Source: a virus
Lineage: Duplodnaviria > Caudoviricetes
DNA length: 33,053 nt
Virus record (IMG/VR): IMGVR_UViG_3300037851_000900
Span: 1-33,053 of that record
Strand: one strand, 5' to 3'
The notes under the pieces were generated by a model, which was given only the letters and a program-made list of their open reading frames with translations, was not told the origin of the DNA and did not search any database. How positions within the stretch are numbered: position 1 is the stretch's first letter; every line of letters begins with the position of its first letter. Both the position numbers and the translations under genes were made by a program. Of the stretch, positions 1-8,381 are shown piece after piece.

Positions 1-642
1 ATCGCCGCTCGCGGCGACCTCACGGTGATCTGGTGTCTGGAGCAGGTTGGCGATGTGCTCTGGGCGCGCGAGCGCGTGGAGCTCGCGCGGGCCCCCTTCG
101 CCACGCAGCTCGCCGAGCTCGCCCGGCTCATGGGGCGCTACCGCATCGTGCGGGCGGCGCTGGATCAGACCGGCATGGGCGAGGGATTGCTGCAGCAGGC
201 CCAGCGTGCCCATGGCGGCACGCGGGTGGTCGGCGTCCTGTTCACCCCCGCCGCCAAGCTCGATCTGGCCAGCGCGCTAAAGGACCGCATGGAGGACCGC
301 ACGTTGCGTCTGCCGCAAGGCGATACCCCCCTGCGCAACGATCTGCACAGCGTCCAGCGCACCGCCGGCCCGACCGGCATCCCGCGCCTGAGCGCCGAGC
401 GCGAGGGCGGCAGCCATGCCGACCGCTTCTGGGCGCTGGCCCTGGCGGTGTCGGCGGCGGGCAAAGGAGCTGCCGAATACGCCTATCACCCGGTGCGCCA
501 GCGGGCCATGCCGGACGGCAGGCCAGCCCCAGTCACCGGGTCCGATCACCTACGCAGCCGCCGTGCCGAGGAGGTCGCCGCGGCCGCCCAGCCGCACGGC
601 GGCGGCTTGCGCCGCCTCCTGCCGAGGCGAGGGGCACTCTGA
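1..642 (+). CDS. Mu gp28-like terminase large subunit, C-terminal part (5'-truncated, copy 1)
   Basis: Open from base 1 (IAARGDLTV...). Contains the RNase H-like nuclease motifs DQTGMG and HADRFWALALA. Homologous to the 3' part of 29630..31036. The stop overlaps the portal ATG (TGATG). Confidence 0.9.
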   Translation: MAARGDLTVIWCLEQVGDVLWARERVELARAPFATQLAELARLMGRYRIVRAALDQTGMGEGLLQQAQRAHGGTRVVGVLFTPAAKLDLASALKDRMEDRTLRLPQGDTPLRNDLHSVQRTAGPTGIPRLSAEREGGSHADRFWALALAVSAAGKGAAEYAYHPVRQRAMPDGRPAPVTGSDHLRSRRAEEVAAAAQPHGGGLRRLLPRRGAL

Positions 643-2288
643 TGCCGGATCCAGTCCTCCTGGGCGCCGATGGGCGTCCCCTGCGGGTGCAGAGCCGCGC
701 CGAGCTGGCCCGGCCCTATGCCACGGCCACCCTGGCTGGGGTGCGCCGGGCCTGGGACACGACCAGCATCGCCGACGGTTTGACTCCCGAGTCCCTGGCC
801 GCCACCCTGAAGGCGGCAGATGCCGGGGACGGCTACAACTTCCTCACCCTCGCCGCCGAGATCGAGCGGCGCGAGGCCCATTACCGCTCGGTGCTCGGCA
901 CCCGCCGCCAAGCGGTGCTGCGCCTGCCGGTGACGGTGGAGAGCGCGAGCGACGAGGCGGCGGACCTGGCGCTCGCCGATGAGGTGCGCGCCCTGGTGCG
1001 CGGCCCCGGCTTCCGCCGGGCCTGCTCCTTCCTCCTGGACGCCCTGGGCAAGGGCTATGCCGTGGTGGAGTTGACCTGGGACACCGGGCGCGCCCCCTGG
1101 GCGCCGCGCGACCGCACCGAGGCGCGCACCGGAGAGGTCATCGCGGGCTATCGCTGGATCGACCCGCGCTGGTTCGCCTGGCACCGCGAGCGCCCGGGTG
1201 AGCTGCGCCTGCGCGATGTCGCCGCCCCCGTCGAGGGGTTGCCCCTGCCGCCCTACCGCTACCTGGTGCACGCCCCCGGGCTGCTCAGCGGCCACCAGCT
1301 CGGCTGCGGGTTGGCGCGCACCGCGGTCATCGCCTATATGGCCAAGAGCTTTGCGCTGGGCGACTGGTTGCGCTTCGCCGACACCTATGGCCTGCCCATG
1401 CGGGTGGGCAAATACGGCCCCGACGCCAAAGAGGAAGACTTGGCTAAGCTGCTCGCGGCGATTGCCAACCTGGGCACCGACTGGGGGGCGTCGATTCCGG
1501 AGTCGATGCGGATCGAGCTGATCCAGGCCGCGGCGAGCGGCCCCGGGGCGGACACCTTCGAGCGCCTCGCCCGCTGGGCCGATCAGCAGCTCTCCAAGCT
1601 GGTCCTGGGCCAAATCGCCAGCAGCGAGGGCCAGCCAGGGGCGCTGGGTGGGAATCAGGCACAGGACGAGGTGCGCCGAGATCTGCGCGATGCCGATGCG
1701 GCTGACCTGGCCGAGACCCTAAATCGAGACTTAGTGGGCGCCTACCTGGCACTCAATCATGGCGGCATGGACCCGGATGACGCCCCGCGCATCCTGATCG
1801 CAGAGCCGGACGCGGAGGACCTCGCGGGCCTGGTCGATGCCCTGGCGCGCCTGGTCCCGCTCGGGCTGCGGGTCGAGCAGAGCATTATCCGCGATAGGTT
1901 GGGAATACCAGATCCTGCGCCGCATAGTGAGCTACTAGCCGCCGTTCCAGTCCCTGTTTCTGGAGGACCGATACCTGTTGGGGCGCCAGTCTCGGCCAAC
2001 CGGATCACCCTTCACCGCGCCGGCGTGCTCGCCGCGGACGACTACGCGGATCAGCAGACCGCGGCGCTGGAACGGGCGGCGGCCGCTCCCATGGACACCT
2101 TGCTCGCGCCCATCCGCGCCGCCCTTGATGCCTCCCTCGCGTCAGATGAAGACTTGGCTGACTTCGCCGAACGCTTGCGGCGGCTATATCCGGATCTGCC
2201 TGGCGAGGAGCTCGCCGCCGTGATGGGCGAGGCCCTGTTCGCCGCCGAGCTAGCCGGGCGCTACGACGTTATGCAGGAGGGTGCATGA
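642..2288 (+). CDS. Mu gp29-like portal protein (DUF935 family), copy 1
   Basis: Start reassigned to ATG 642 (MPDPVLLGADGRPL), matching the start of copy 2. Motifs YGLPMRVGKY and QLSKLVLGQ. Lies directly after TerL. Confidence 0.9.
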   Translation: MPDPVLLGADGRPLRVQSRAELARPYATATLAGVRRAWDTTSIADGLTPESLAATLKAADAGDGYNFLTLAAEIERREAHYRSVLGTRRQAVLRLPVTVESASDEAADLALADEVRALVRGPGFRRACSFLLDALGKGYAVVELTWDTGRAPWAPRDRTEARTGEVIAGYRWIDPRWFAWHRERPGELRLRDVAAPVEGLPLPPYRYLVHAPGLLSGHQLGCGLARTAVIAYMAKSFALGDWLRFADTYGLPMRVGKYGPDAKEEDLAKLLAAIANLGTDWGASIPESMRIELIQAAASGPGADTFERLARWADQQLSKLVLGQIASSEGQPGALGGNQAQDEVRRDLRDADAADLAETLNRDLVGAYLALNHGGMDPDDAPRILIAEPDAEDLAGLVDALARLVPLGLRVEQSIIRDRLGIPDPAPHSELLAAVPVPVSGGPIPVGAPVSANRITLHRAGVLAADDYADQQTAALERAAAAPMDTLLAPIRAALDASLASDEDLADFAERLRRLYPDLPGEELAAVMGEALFAAELAGRYDVMQEGA

Positions 2289-2518
2289 ATCAATATCCCA
2301 GCGCCAGCGCGGCTGGCGGGCATTGGAACGCCTATTGCGAAGGGGCCGTGGATCATGAGGACTACTTGACCCGCCTCACACGGGTCCCTGATCATCTGCG
2401 GGCGGACGTAATTCGCCACTGCCAGACCGTGGCCGCCCTTCGGGAGCTTAAGCGACGGCGCATGAACGCGATCGGCAGGAGCGGCGCGAACTCATCTGCC
2501 TGGCCTATGCGGGATTGA
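2285..2518 (+). CDS. Small hypothetical protein between portal and MuF, copy 1
   Basis: ATGA overlap with the portal stop and a GGAGG RBS. The homologous ORF at 32676..32918 keeps the frame (WNAYCE...DVIRHCQTVAALREL). Confidence 0.7.
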   Translation: MNQYPSASAAGGHWNAYCEGAVDHEDYLTRLTRVPDHLRADVIRHCQTVAALRELKRRRMNAIGRSGANSSAWPMRD

Positions 2519-2521
2519 CCG

Positions 2522-4036
2522 GTGGCTGAATACGGCTCCCTGTCCTTCGCCGAGCAGATCGCCTACTTCAAGGGCAAGCTGAATCTGCCCACTGCGCGCT
2601 GGGACGATATCCGCGGCGCCGCCCATGACCGTGCCTTTATCGTCGCTGGGGCGGCCAAGGCCGATCTCTTGGCCGATCTGCATACAGCCGTCCTCAAGGG
2701 CATTGAGGACGGCACGACATTGGAAGAATTCCGCCGCGACTTCGACGAGATCGTTGCCAAACACGGCTGGACGGGATGGACTGGCGAGGACAGCGTGCCA
2801 GGCGTCGCCTGGCGCACCCGCGTCATCTATGAGACCAACCTACGCACATCCTATGCCGCCGGGCGTTGGGCGCAGATCAAGGAGGTCAAGGCCGAGCGCC
2901 CCTATCTACAGTACCGCCATAACGACTCGGTGCTGCACCCGCGGCCCCTGCATAAGTCCTGGGATGGCCTGGTGCTGGCGGTCGACGACCCATGGTGGCG
3001 CACCCATTGGCCGCCCAACGGCTGGGGCTGCAAGTGCAGAGCATTCGCACTCTCCGCGCGTGATCTCGCCAAAATGGGCAAGACAGGGCCGGACAAGACC
3101 CCGAACGACGGGACCTACACCGTCACCAGACGCGGGGAAGAGCAGATCTTGCCCAAGGGCGTGGACTACGGGTGGGATCATGCGCCGGGGGCGAATCGCT
3201 ACGAACTCGATCAGATGCTGCTTGATCCCAAGCTCATGCGGCTATTCGGCTCCGTGCCGCCGGCAGCTATCGCGCATGGGGCCGAATCGGATGCGATTGC
3301 CGGGGTTTTGCGGGATGTCGCCGGGACGTTCGGCGAGCCCCTGCCGCCGTTTACCCGGGTAACCGAGGTAGTGACAGCCAAGTACAAGATGGCTACTGAC
3401 TGCAACGGTGTTTATATGGTGCCAGGCCCTGGCAACCCGTTGGCGCATTACACCGACAGGCTAAAGGCCGCGCTGTGGAAGATCCGTATGGGCAGGGGGC
3501 TCGAGCCAGAAGAGGAGTCCATGATCAAGACCATCTGGCACGAGATCGGGCATAATCGCCAGCAGGGGTTAAAGGATAAAAACTATGTCTATGCCAAGGA
3601 TTCTGTCAACGAGACGTTGCTGGAGGCGACTAACGAGTTCATCGCGCTGCGCACCTATCCGCAGTTTCTGCGCGCCATCGGCGGCGGGGCGGCGCGCTTT
3701 CCCGTTTACGTGCGGGCCGATTCCGGGTATCGCGTGTTCGTGGATCGCATCGAGGCGCTACTACGCGCGGTGGCGGTCGAGCAAGACGAATTCCTGGAGG
3801 AGATGGAGCGCGTGAGCTTCGAGGGCCCCATCGATGACGGCCATGGCGGGACCATCCTCGCCAACCTGAGTGACGCTATCGCTAAGGCCGGGCGTGCGGC
3901 CGGTTGGAAAGGGCTCTCTCGAACGCAGATACAGAGCGTGCTTCAGTGGATCCAAAAACCGGATGATTTTGCCGAGAAACTGGGCCGGCTTAAGGCGCGG
4001 AGTCCCCATGCCGCCGCGGATTCCTCTGCGCCATGA
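2522..4036 (+). CDS. Mu gp30/F-like head morphogenesis protein (MuF) with C-terminal HExxH metallopeptidase-like extension
   Basis: The N-terminal ~225 aa has MuF hallmarks (AFIVAGA, IYETNLRTSYAAGRW, HWPPNGWGCKC). The following ~280 aa include WHEIGH (HEIGH at 3539-3553) and a downstream EATNE. Confidence 0.85.
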   Translation: MAEYGSLSFAEQIAYFKGKLNLPTARWDDIRGAAHDRAFIVAGAAKADLLADLHTAVLKGIEDGTTLEEFRRDFDEIVAKHGWTGWTGEDSVPGVAWRTRVIYETNLRTSYAAGRWAQIKEVKAERPYLQYRHNDSVLHPRPLHKSWDGLVLAVDDPWWRTHWPPNGWGCKCRAFALSARDLAKMGKTGPDKTPNDGTYTVTRRGEEQILPKGVDYGWDHAPGANRYELDQMLLDPKLMRLFGSVPPAAIAHGAESDAIAGVLRDVAGTFGEPLPPFTRVTEVVTAKYKMATDCNGVYMVPGPGNPLAHYTDRLKAALWKIRMGRGLEPEEESMIKTIWHEIGHNRQQGLKDKNYVYAKDSVNETLLEATNEFIALRTYPQFLRAIGGGAARFPVYVRADSGYRVFVDRIEALLRAVAVEQDEFLEEMERVSFEGPIDDGHGGTILANLSDAIAKAGRAAGWKGLSRTQIQSVLQWIQKPDDFAEKLGRLKARSPHAAADSSAP

Positions 4037-4304
4037 TCTCCGCAGGCCATTCCCGCGCATACTCTTCGCGAGCCCTGCGATCCCCGTCGTCGGGCGGGAG
4101 GCGGAGCAGATACTGCAGGGCGCGCTCATCCTCGTCGCGCATGCGGAACAGATCGTAGAGGGTAAGGTTTTGTGAGCGCTCGCTCATTTTGAGGATTTCA
4201 GTGCGAATCTCATCCACGGTCATGCGCTCGCCATCGATGGAATATATGAACCCGAGGTTTTCTAGTTCGAATGGGGTCGGGTCATAATCTAGAATGGTCT
4301 CCAT
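3990..4304 (-). CDS. Small acidic hypothetical protein convergent on muF (candidate cognate immunity or partner protein)
   Basis: GGAG RBS before ATG 4304 (METILDYDPTPFEL..., 104 aa). It fills the 330-bp gap between muF and G, which has no convincing + strand ORF. Its 3' end overlaps the muF 3' end by 47 bp. Confidence 0.6.
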   Translation of the reverse strand: METILDYDPTPFELENLGFIYSIDGERMTVDEIRTEILKMSERSQNLTLYDLFRMRDEDERALQYLLRLPPDDGDRRAREEYAREWPAEIMAQRNPRRHGDSAP

Positions 4305-4366
4305 AGGGTCTCCATTTAGGTTCGGTTGAGGTATGAATCGCAACATCTCATTGGAGAGTATAGCCA

Positions 4367-4954
4367 ATGGCCGGCGCCCATAACACCATATCCATTGCCA
4401 TCGACGATGCCGAGGTCAAACAGACCCTGCGCCAAATGCTCGCGCGATTGCAGAACCCATCCCCAGTAATGCGCGATATTGGCGAATACATGTTGCGCAG
4501 TACCGACGAGCGATTTCGTCGCGAGGTTGCCCCAGACGGCAAACCATGGGCGCCGCTCTCGGAGGTGACCCTGCTGCGTCGCCTGACCGGGACCAAGAAG
4601 GACCCCAAAAAGGGGCTGCTCTCCAAGCGCAAGACCACCGCCGGAGGGCGCACCCTGACCAAGAAGGGCGCCAAGGTCTTGGCCGCGGCCAAGATCTTAC
4701 GTGACTCTGGGGTCTTGCAGGACACCATCCGCTATCAATTGAAGGATGGCGGGCGGGCGGTGGCGGTCGGGACCAATCGTATCTATGCCGCTGCCCAACA
4801 GTTCGGCATGAAGCGCGGCTACGCCGGCAGCGATCGCCATGGCCGCCCTATCCCCTGGGGGGATATCCCGCCGCGGCCCTTCCTGGGGATCGCGGCCGCG
4901 GACCGCGAGGAGATCCTGGAGATCCTGCGCCGCGCGCTTGAGCAATCGTTATAG
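4367..4954 (+). CDS. Mu G-like virion morphogenesis protein
   Basis: GGAGAG RBS. Motifs PDGKPWAPLS, ILRDSGVL, VGTNRIYAAAQQFG and IPPRPFLGI. Confidence 0.88.
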   Translation: MAGAHNTISIAIDDAEVKQTLRQMLARLQNPSPVMRDIGEYMLRSTDERFRREVAPDGKPWAPLSEVTLLRRLTGTKKDPKKGLLSKRKTTAGGRTLTKKGAKVLAAAKILRDSGVLQDTIRYQLKDGGRAVAVGTNRIYAAAQQFGMKRGYAGSDRHGRPIPWGDIPPRPFLGIAAADREEILEILRRALEQSL

Positions 4955-4979
4955 ATTGAATGTGATTCGCCTTACTTAT

Positions 4980-5035
4980 TTCGATATTTTTAATATAATC
5001 GAACGGACGATGGCATTATTAATATAATGCCCATC
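4980..5035 (+). promoter_or_regulatory. AT-rich intergenic site with two imperfect inverted repeats, each containing TTAATATAAT
   Basis: TTCGAT..ATCGAA (4980-5003) and GATGGCATTAT..ATAATGCCCATC (5009-5035). TTAATATAAT occurs at 4990 and 5019, upstream of the protease gene. Confidence 0.4.
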
Positions 5036-5080
5036 AACTTTAAATGCCATACTAACAGGCATTGCGTATATGGTCTAACA

Positions 5081-6055
5081 ATGGGACAAATGCGTCCATT
5101 GACTCTATGCAGATCGCTCCCGACACCGGTCCTGCACGATGGGGTGCCGCCGGACTGGTTATTGCTCGCGCCGCTGGGTACGCAAACTGGTGTCGATGGG
5201 CGTGGTTACCGTATGGATGACCCAACGCCGCTGTTAGCGGCATGGGACAGACGTACTGCCGATGTACCCCTTGATTGGGAACATGCGACTCACATTCGAG
5301 CCCCAGTCGGGTTAGATGCTCCCGCCGCAGGATGGATAGTCGACCTACAATCGCGCGACGATGGCATCTGGGGCAAAATCGTTTGGACCGAGGACGGGGC
5401 CACTGCTGTGCGATCGCGCGCCTATCGCTACTATTCCCCGGCATATCTGTTAGACGCATCAGGCGCCGTGCGCGCCATTGCCTCTGTTGCGCTCACCAAT
5501 CAACCGAACCTACCCCTTCCAGCCCTAAATCGAGAGAACATTAGAGAGAATATTAATATGTCTATTCCGCACCAATTGGCAAATGTACTCAACCTAACGC
5601 CATCGGCTACAGATGATGACGTCATTAATGCAATTCGCACCCTGCAGCAGGATAGGGAAACAGCTCTACACCGCGCTAACACCCCCGATCTTTCGATTTA
5701 TGTGCCCCGCGCCGATTACGATGTTGTTTTGCATCGTGCGGTGCAGGCAGAAACGATGTTGCGTCAAATGCAGGAGGATCAACGCGAGTGCGAAATTAAT
5801 GGTCTCATCGATCGCGGCCTATCTGAGGCGAGAATAACTCCCGCCACTGTCGAATATCATCGGGCTCAGGCTCGTACCGATGGCGGCATCGATAGGTTGC
5901 GTGCATTTATCGATGCCGCGCCGGTTGTGGTGAGCGAGAGCAACCATAACGGTGGTTCACCACATGGCGATGCTACCCTCACCGCTGAACAGATCGCTAT
6001 TGCCGCAGCATTCGGCAATAGCGCCGAAATAATCGCTAAATTTGGAGGCAGGTAA
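5081..6055 (+). CDS. Mu gp32/I-like prohead protease (probably with C-terminal scaffold)
   Basis: Motifs PLDWEH, APAAGWI, YRYYSP and VALTNQPNL. The start is uncertain (5027, 5081 or 5090). An in-frame internal ATG at 5558 follows a GAGAG RBS-like tract. Confidence 0.88.
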   Translation: MGQMRPLTLCRSLPTPVLHDGVPPDWLLLAPLGTQTGVDGRGYRMDDPTPLLAAWDRRTADVPLDWEHATHIRAPVGLDAPAAGWIVDLQSRDDGIWGKIVWTEDGATAVRSRAYRYYSPAYLLDASGAVRAIASVALTNQPNLPLPALNRENIRENINMSIPHQLANVLNLTPSATDDDVINAIRTLQQDRETALHRANTPDLSIYVPRADYDVVLHRAVQAETMLRQMQEDQRECEINGLIDRGLSEARITPATVEYHRAQARTDGGIDRLRAFIDAAPVVVSESNHNGGSPHGDATLTAEQIAIAAAFGNSAEIIAKFGGR

Positions 6056-6468
6056 TGACCGCACTAACTGCAGGACGTAGCACCCAGGTTCGATCTGGGA
6101 TTGATTTCAGAGGCCCAGTAGCGGCTGCCGTCGTTTGTTACGAGGGCGGCATTGCCGTGCGCGACACCGCCGGCGATATCAAACCAGGAGTCACAGCTAC
6201 CGGCCTGGTAGCAGTTGGTATGTTCACTGCCCGCGCCGATAACAGTGCCGGTCTGGCCGGCGCGATCGAGGCCAATTACAGGGTTGGGATATTCCTATTC
6301 AACAATTCCGCGAGTGCCGATCTGATCACCAATGCCGAGATCGGCGATGACTGCTATATCGTCGACGACCAGACTGTTGCCAAAACCAGCGCGACCAATA
6401 CCCGCTCGGTCGCGGGCAAGATCGTGGACGTGGACGCTAATGGCGTTTGGGTCAGAGTCGGAATCTGA
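6055..6468 (+). CDS. Putative capsid decoration/cement protein
   Basis: GGAGG RBS and TAATG overlap with the protease stop. Motif CYIVDDQTVAKT...AGKIVDVDANGVWV is typical of the small gene between protease and major head in Mu-like prophages. Confidence 0.7.
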   Translation: MTALTAGRSTQVRSGIDFRGPVAAAVVCYEGGIAVRDTAGDIKPGVTATGLVAVGMFTARADNSAGLAGAIEANYRVGIFLFNNSASADLITNAEIGDDCYIVDDQTVAKTSATNTRSVAGKIVDVDANGVWVRVGI

Positions 6469-6479
6469 GGAGATTAGTT

Positions 6480-7397
6480 ATGCTCATCAATAAAACGAAT
6501 GTGGATGATGTATTCCGCAATATCCGCGCCACATTCAATGTGGCATTACAGGCTGCAGAAACACAATATCAACAGCTCGCTACTATCCTGGATACCAACC
6601 AGATAGTTGAAAAAATGGATTGGGTAGGCAACCTGCCGAATTGGCGTAAATGGGTAGGGGATAAAATCGTCGGCAATCTGGCGGCGCATACATATGCCCT
6701 GACATGCGAGGAATACGAGAGCACGATTGCCGTTAAACGCAGAGATCTAGAGGCAGACCGGCTCGGCATATACAAAATGCAGGCAACCAGTCAGGGCGAA
6801 TTAGCCGCATATTTCCCAGAGGAGAGGGTTGGTGCTGCCGTTAATGCTGGTTTTACGGATGCATGCTGGGATGGAAAACCGTTTTTTGCCACAAACCATG
6901 GCACAAAATCGAAAAATGGATCCGATACCACATTCAGCAATAAGGGCACCGCAGTTCTTTCCGCTGCAACGTTGGCATTGGCCCAATCCAGTATTGGCGC
7001 AGGCCTAACGGCTATACAATCGATGCGCAATAACCAGGGGCGTCCTATTCGAGTCAACAACGTCAAATTGCTAGTTCCTGTAGCATTGCGCGAAACCGCT
7101 ATGGTTCTATCGACCAACGATAGGTTGGAGGACGGTAAACCCAATCCATATAAAGGGATCCCTGTTATTTATTGGCCTGAACTCAGTAGCGATACTGCGT
7201 GGTTTTTGGTCGGGGAGGCCGGAGGGCTAAAACCGTTTATCCTAGTGCAACGAAAAAAGCCGACCGTTGTAGAAGTAACCGACCCGCGCGATTCGCACGT
7301 TGTGCGGACTGGGGAATTTATATTCTCAATTGAGGCCGATGCAGTCGCGGGATACACATTCCCGCAACTCGCATACGGATCTACTGGGGCCGGTTGA
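6480..7397 (+). CDS. Mu gpT-like major capsid protein
   Basis: GAGGAG RBS before ATG 6480 (MLINK). Motifs RKWVGDKIV, YESTIAVKRRDLEAD, CWDGKPFFATNH, KPFILVQRK and QLAYGSTG. Confidence 0.92.
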   Translation: MLINKTNVDDVFRNIRATFNVALQAAETQYQQLATILDTNQIVEKMDWVGNLPNWRKWVGDKIVGNLAAHTYALTCEEYESTIAVKRRDLEADRLGIYKMQATSQGELAAYFPEERVGAAVNAGFTDACWDGKPFFATNHGTKSKNGSDTTFSNKGTAVLSAATLALAQSSIGAGLTAIQSMRNNQGRPIRVNNVKLLVPVALRETAMVLSTNDRLEDGKPNPYKGIPVIYWPELSSDTAWFLVGEAGGLKPFILVQRKKPTVVEVTDPRDSHVVRTGEFIFSIEADAVAGYTFPQLAYGSTGAG

Positions 7398-7407
7398 TAG
7401 CATTGAG

Positions 7408-7433
7408 ATTGAGCCGCCGTTAGGCGGCTCAAT
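7408..7433 (+). terminator. Hairpin after the major capsid gene (terminator-like, weak U tract)
   Basis: ATTGAGCCGCC-GTTA-GGCGGCTCAAT, a perfect 11-bp stem 10 bp downstream of the capsid stop. Confidence 0.65.
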
Positions 7434-7453
7434 TACATTAATCGGATAATCAT

Positions 7454-7891
7454 ATGTACGTGCCGTCTGGCGTCCTCGACGAAACCAAACATGATCATAT
7501 CCTCCCATATCGATGGAGCGCCTATTCGCGCGAGCGCATGGCGGGATTACATCATGACCTTGTGCGGGTGCTAGATCTGGCTATCGGCATATCGCAGATT
7601 GATCTAATTGTGCTAGAGGGACGGCGCACACTGGACCGCCAGATGCGTTTAGTGCGCAATGGTGCTAGTCGCACGCTGCGTTCTCGGCACCTAACTGGCC
7701 ATGCAGTCGATATCGCTCCACTCGACGAGGACGGCCATCCGTCGTGGGCATGGCCGCTCTATCACCGGATCGCTCCTGTCATCAAGCGGGCCGCCAGGGA
7801 CCTCGAGGTCCCGATCGAATGGGGCGGGGACTGGGAGCGCTTCCAGGACGGGCCGCATTGGCAATTGCCGTGGGATAATTATCCAATCTAA
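7454..7891 (+). CDS. Endolysin, M15 family (L-Ala-D-Glu peptidase-like) zinc metallopeptidase
   Basis: Motifs EGRRT..RQ, SRHLTGHAVDI, WGGDW and DGPHWQL. The start codon is uncertain. Confidence 0.88.
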   Translation: MYVPSGVLDETKHDHILPYRWSAYSRERMAGLHHDLVRVLDLAIGISQIDLIVLEGRRTLDRQMRLVRNGASRTLRSRHLTGHAVDIAPLDEDGHPSWAWPLYHRIAPVIKRAARDLEVPIEWGGDWERFQDGPHWQLPWDNYPI

Positions 7892-7896
7892 TAACC

Positions 7897-8325
7897 ATGT
7901 ACGCCACCCTGCAACAGATGCTAGATAGGTTCGATCGCATAGAGAATCCCGAACTCACCCAATTGACATCCTCTCCAAGCGGGGTTCGGGACGATGCGCG
8001 CATTGAATCGGCGCTCGATGAGGCGGATGGGGAGATAAATACGTATATCGGTAGCAGGTATCCCATTCCTTTAACAGGAATCAGTGAATCGACGGCAGCA
8101 AATCTCGCACGGCTGGCCTGCGATATTGCCCGTTATCGGCTGTGGTCTGTGCAATCGAGCGAGGAGGTTCGTAGGCGATACGAGGACGCCATAGGCGTCC
8201 TGGTGCGCATCGCCAAGGGCGAGTTAAATATTCTCCTGACGACCGGGACGGGCACTGCCTCCGGGGCCAGCGCGCGCGCCGCTGCGGTGCGCATGACACG
8301 CGACAATCTAGGGATGGTGTTGTGA
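7897..8325 (+). CDS. Mu gp36-like head-tail adaptor (DUF1320)
   Basis: MYAT...[21 protein letters not shown]...[10 protein letters not shown]...[13 protein letters not shown]. Confidence 0.88.
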   Translation: MYATLQQMLDRFDRIENPELTQLTSSPSGVRDDARIESALDEADGEINTYIGSRYPIPLTGISESTAANLARLACDIARYRLWSVQSSEEVRRRYEDAIGVLVRIAKGELNILLTTGTGTASGASARAAAVRMTRDNLGMVL

Positions 8326-8381
8326 GTCTATTGACAATAGAGGTAGATTCAATGCGTCCGTTATTTAATCACCAATATGGT

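Larger units (their letters stand above)
1..2664 (+). repeat. Long diverged direct repeat, copy 1 (copy 2 at 30395..33053)
   Basis: Collinear with 30395..33053. Bases 1-77 are identical to 30395-30471 and 2561-2664 are identical to 32950-33053. Many substitutions and a few indels lie in between. Confidence 0.97.

Noticed and set aside
33-641. 203-aa N-terminal extension of the 751-aa portal ORF
   Set aside because: It overlaps the terminase in another frame and has an Arg/Gly/Ala shadow composition. Copy 2 of the portal starts at the position equivalent to 642.
546-1613. Long antisense ORFs (546..1613, 12378..13142 and similar)
   Set aside because: They are shadow frames of high-GC genes that have clear function on the other strand.
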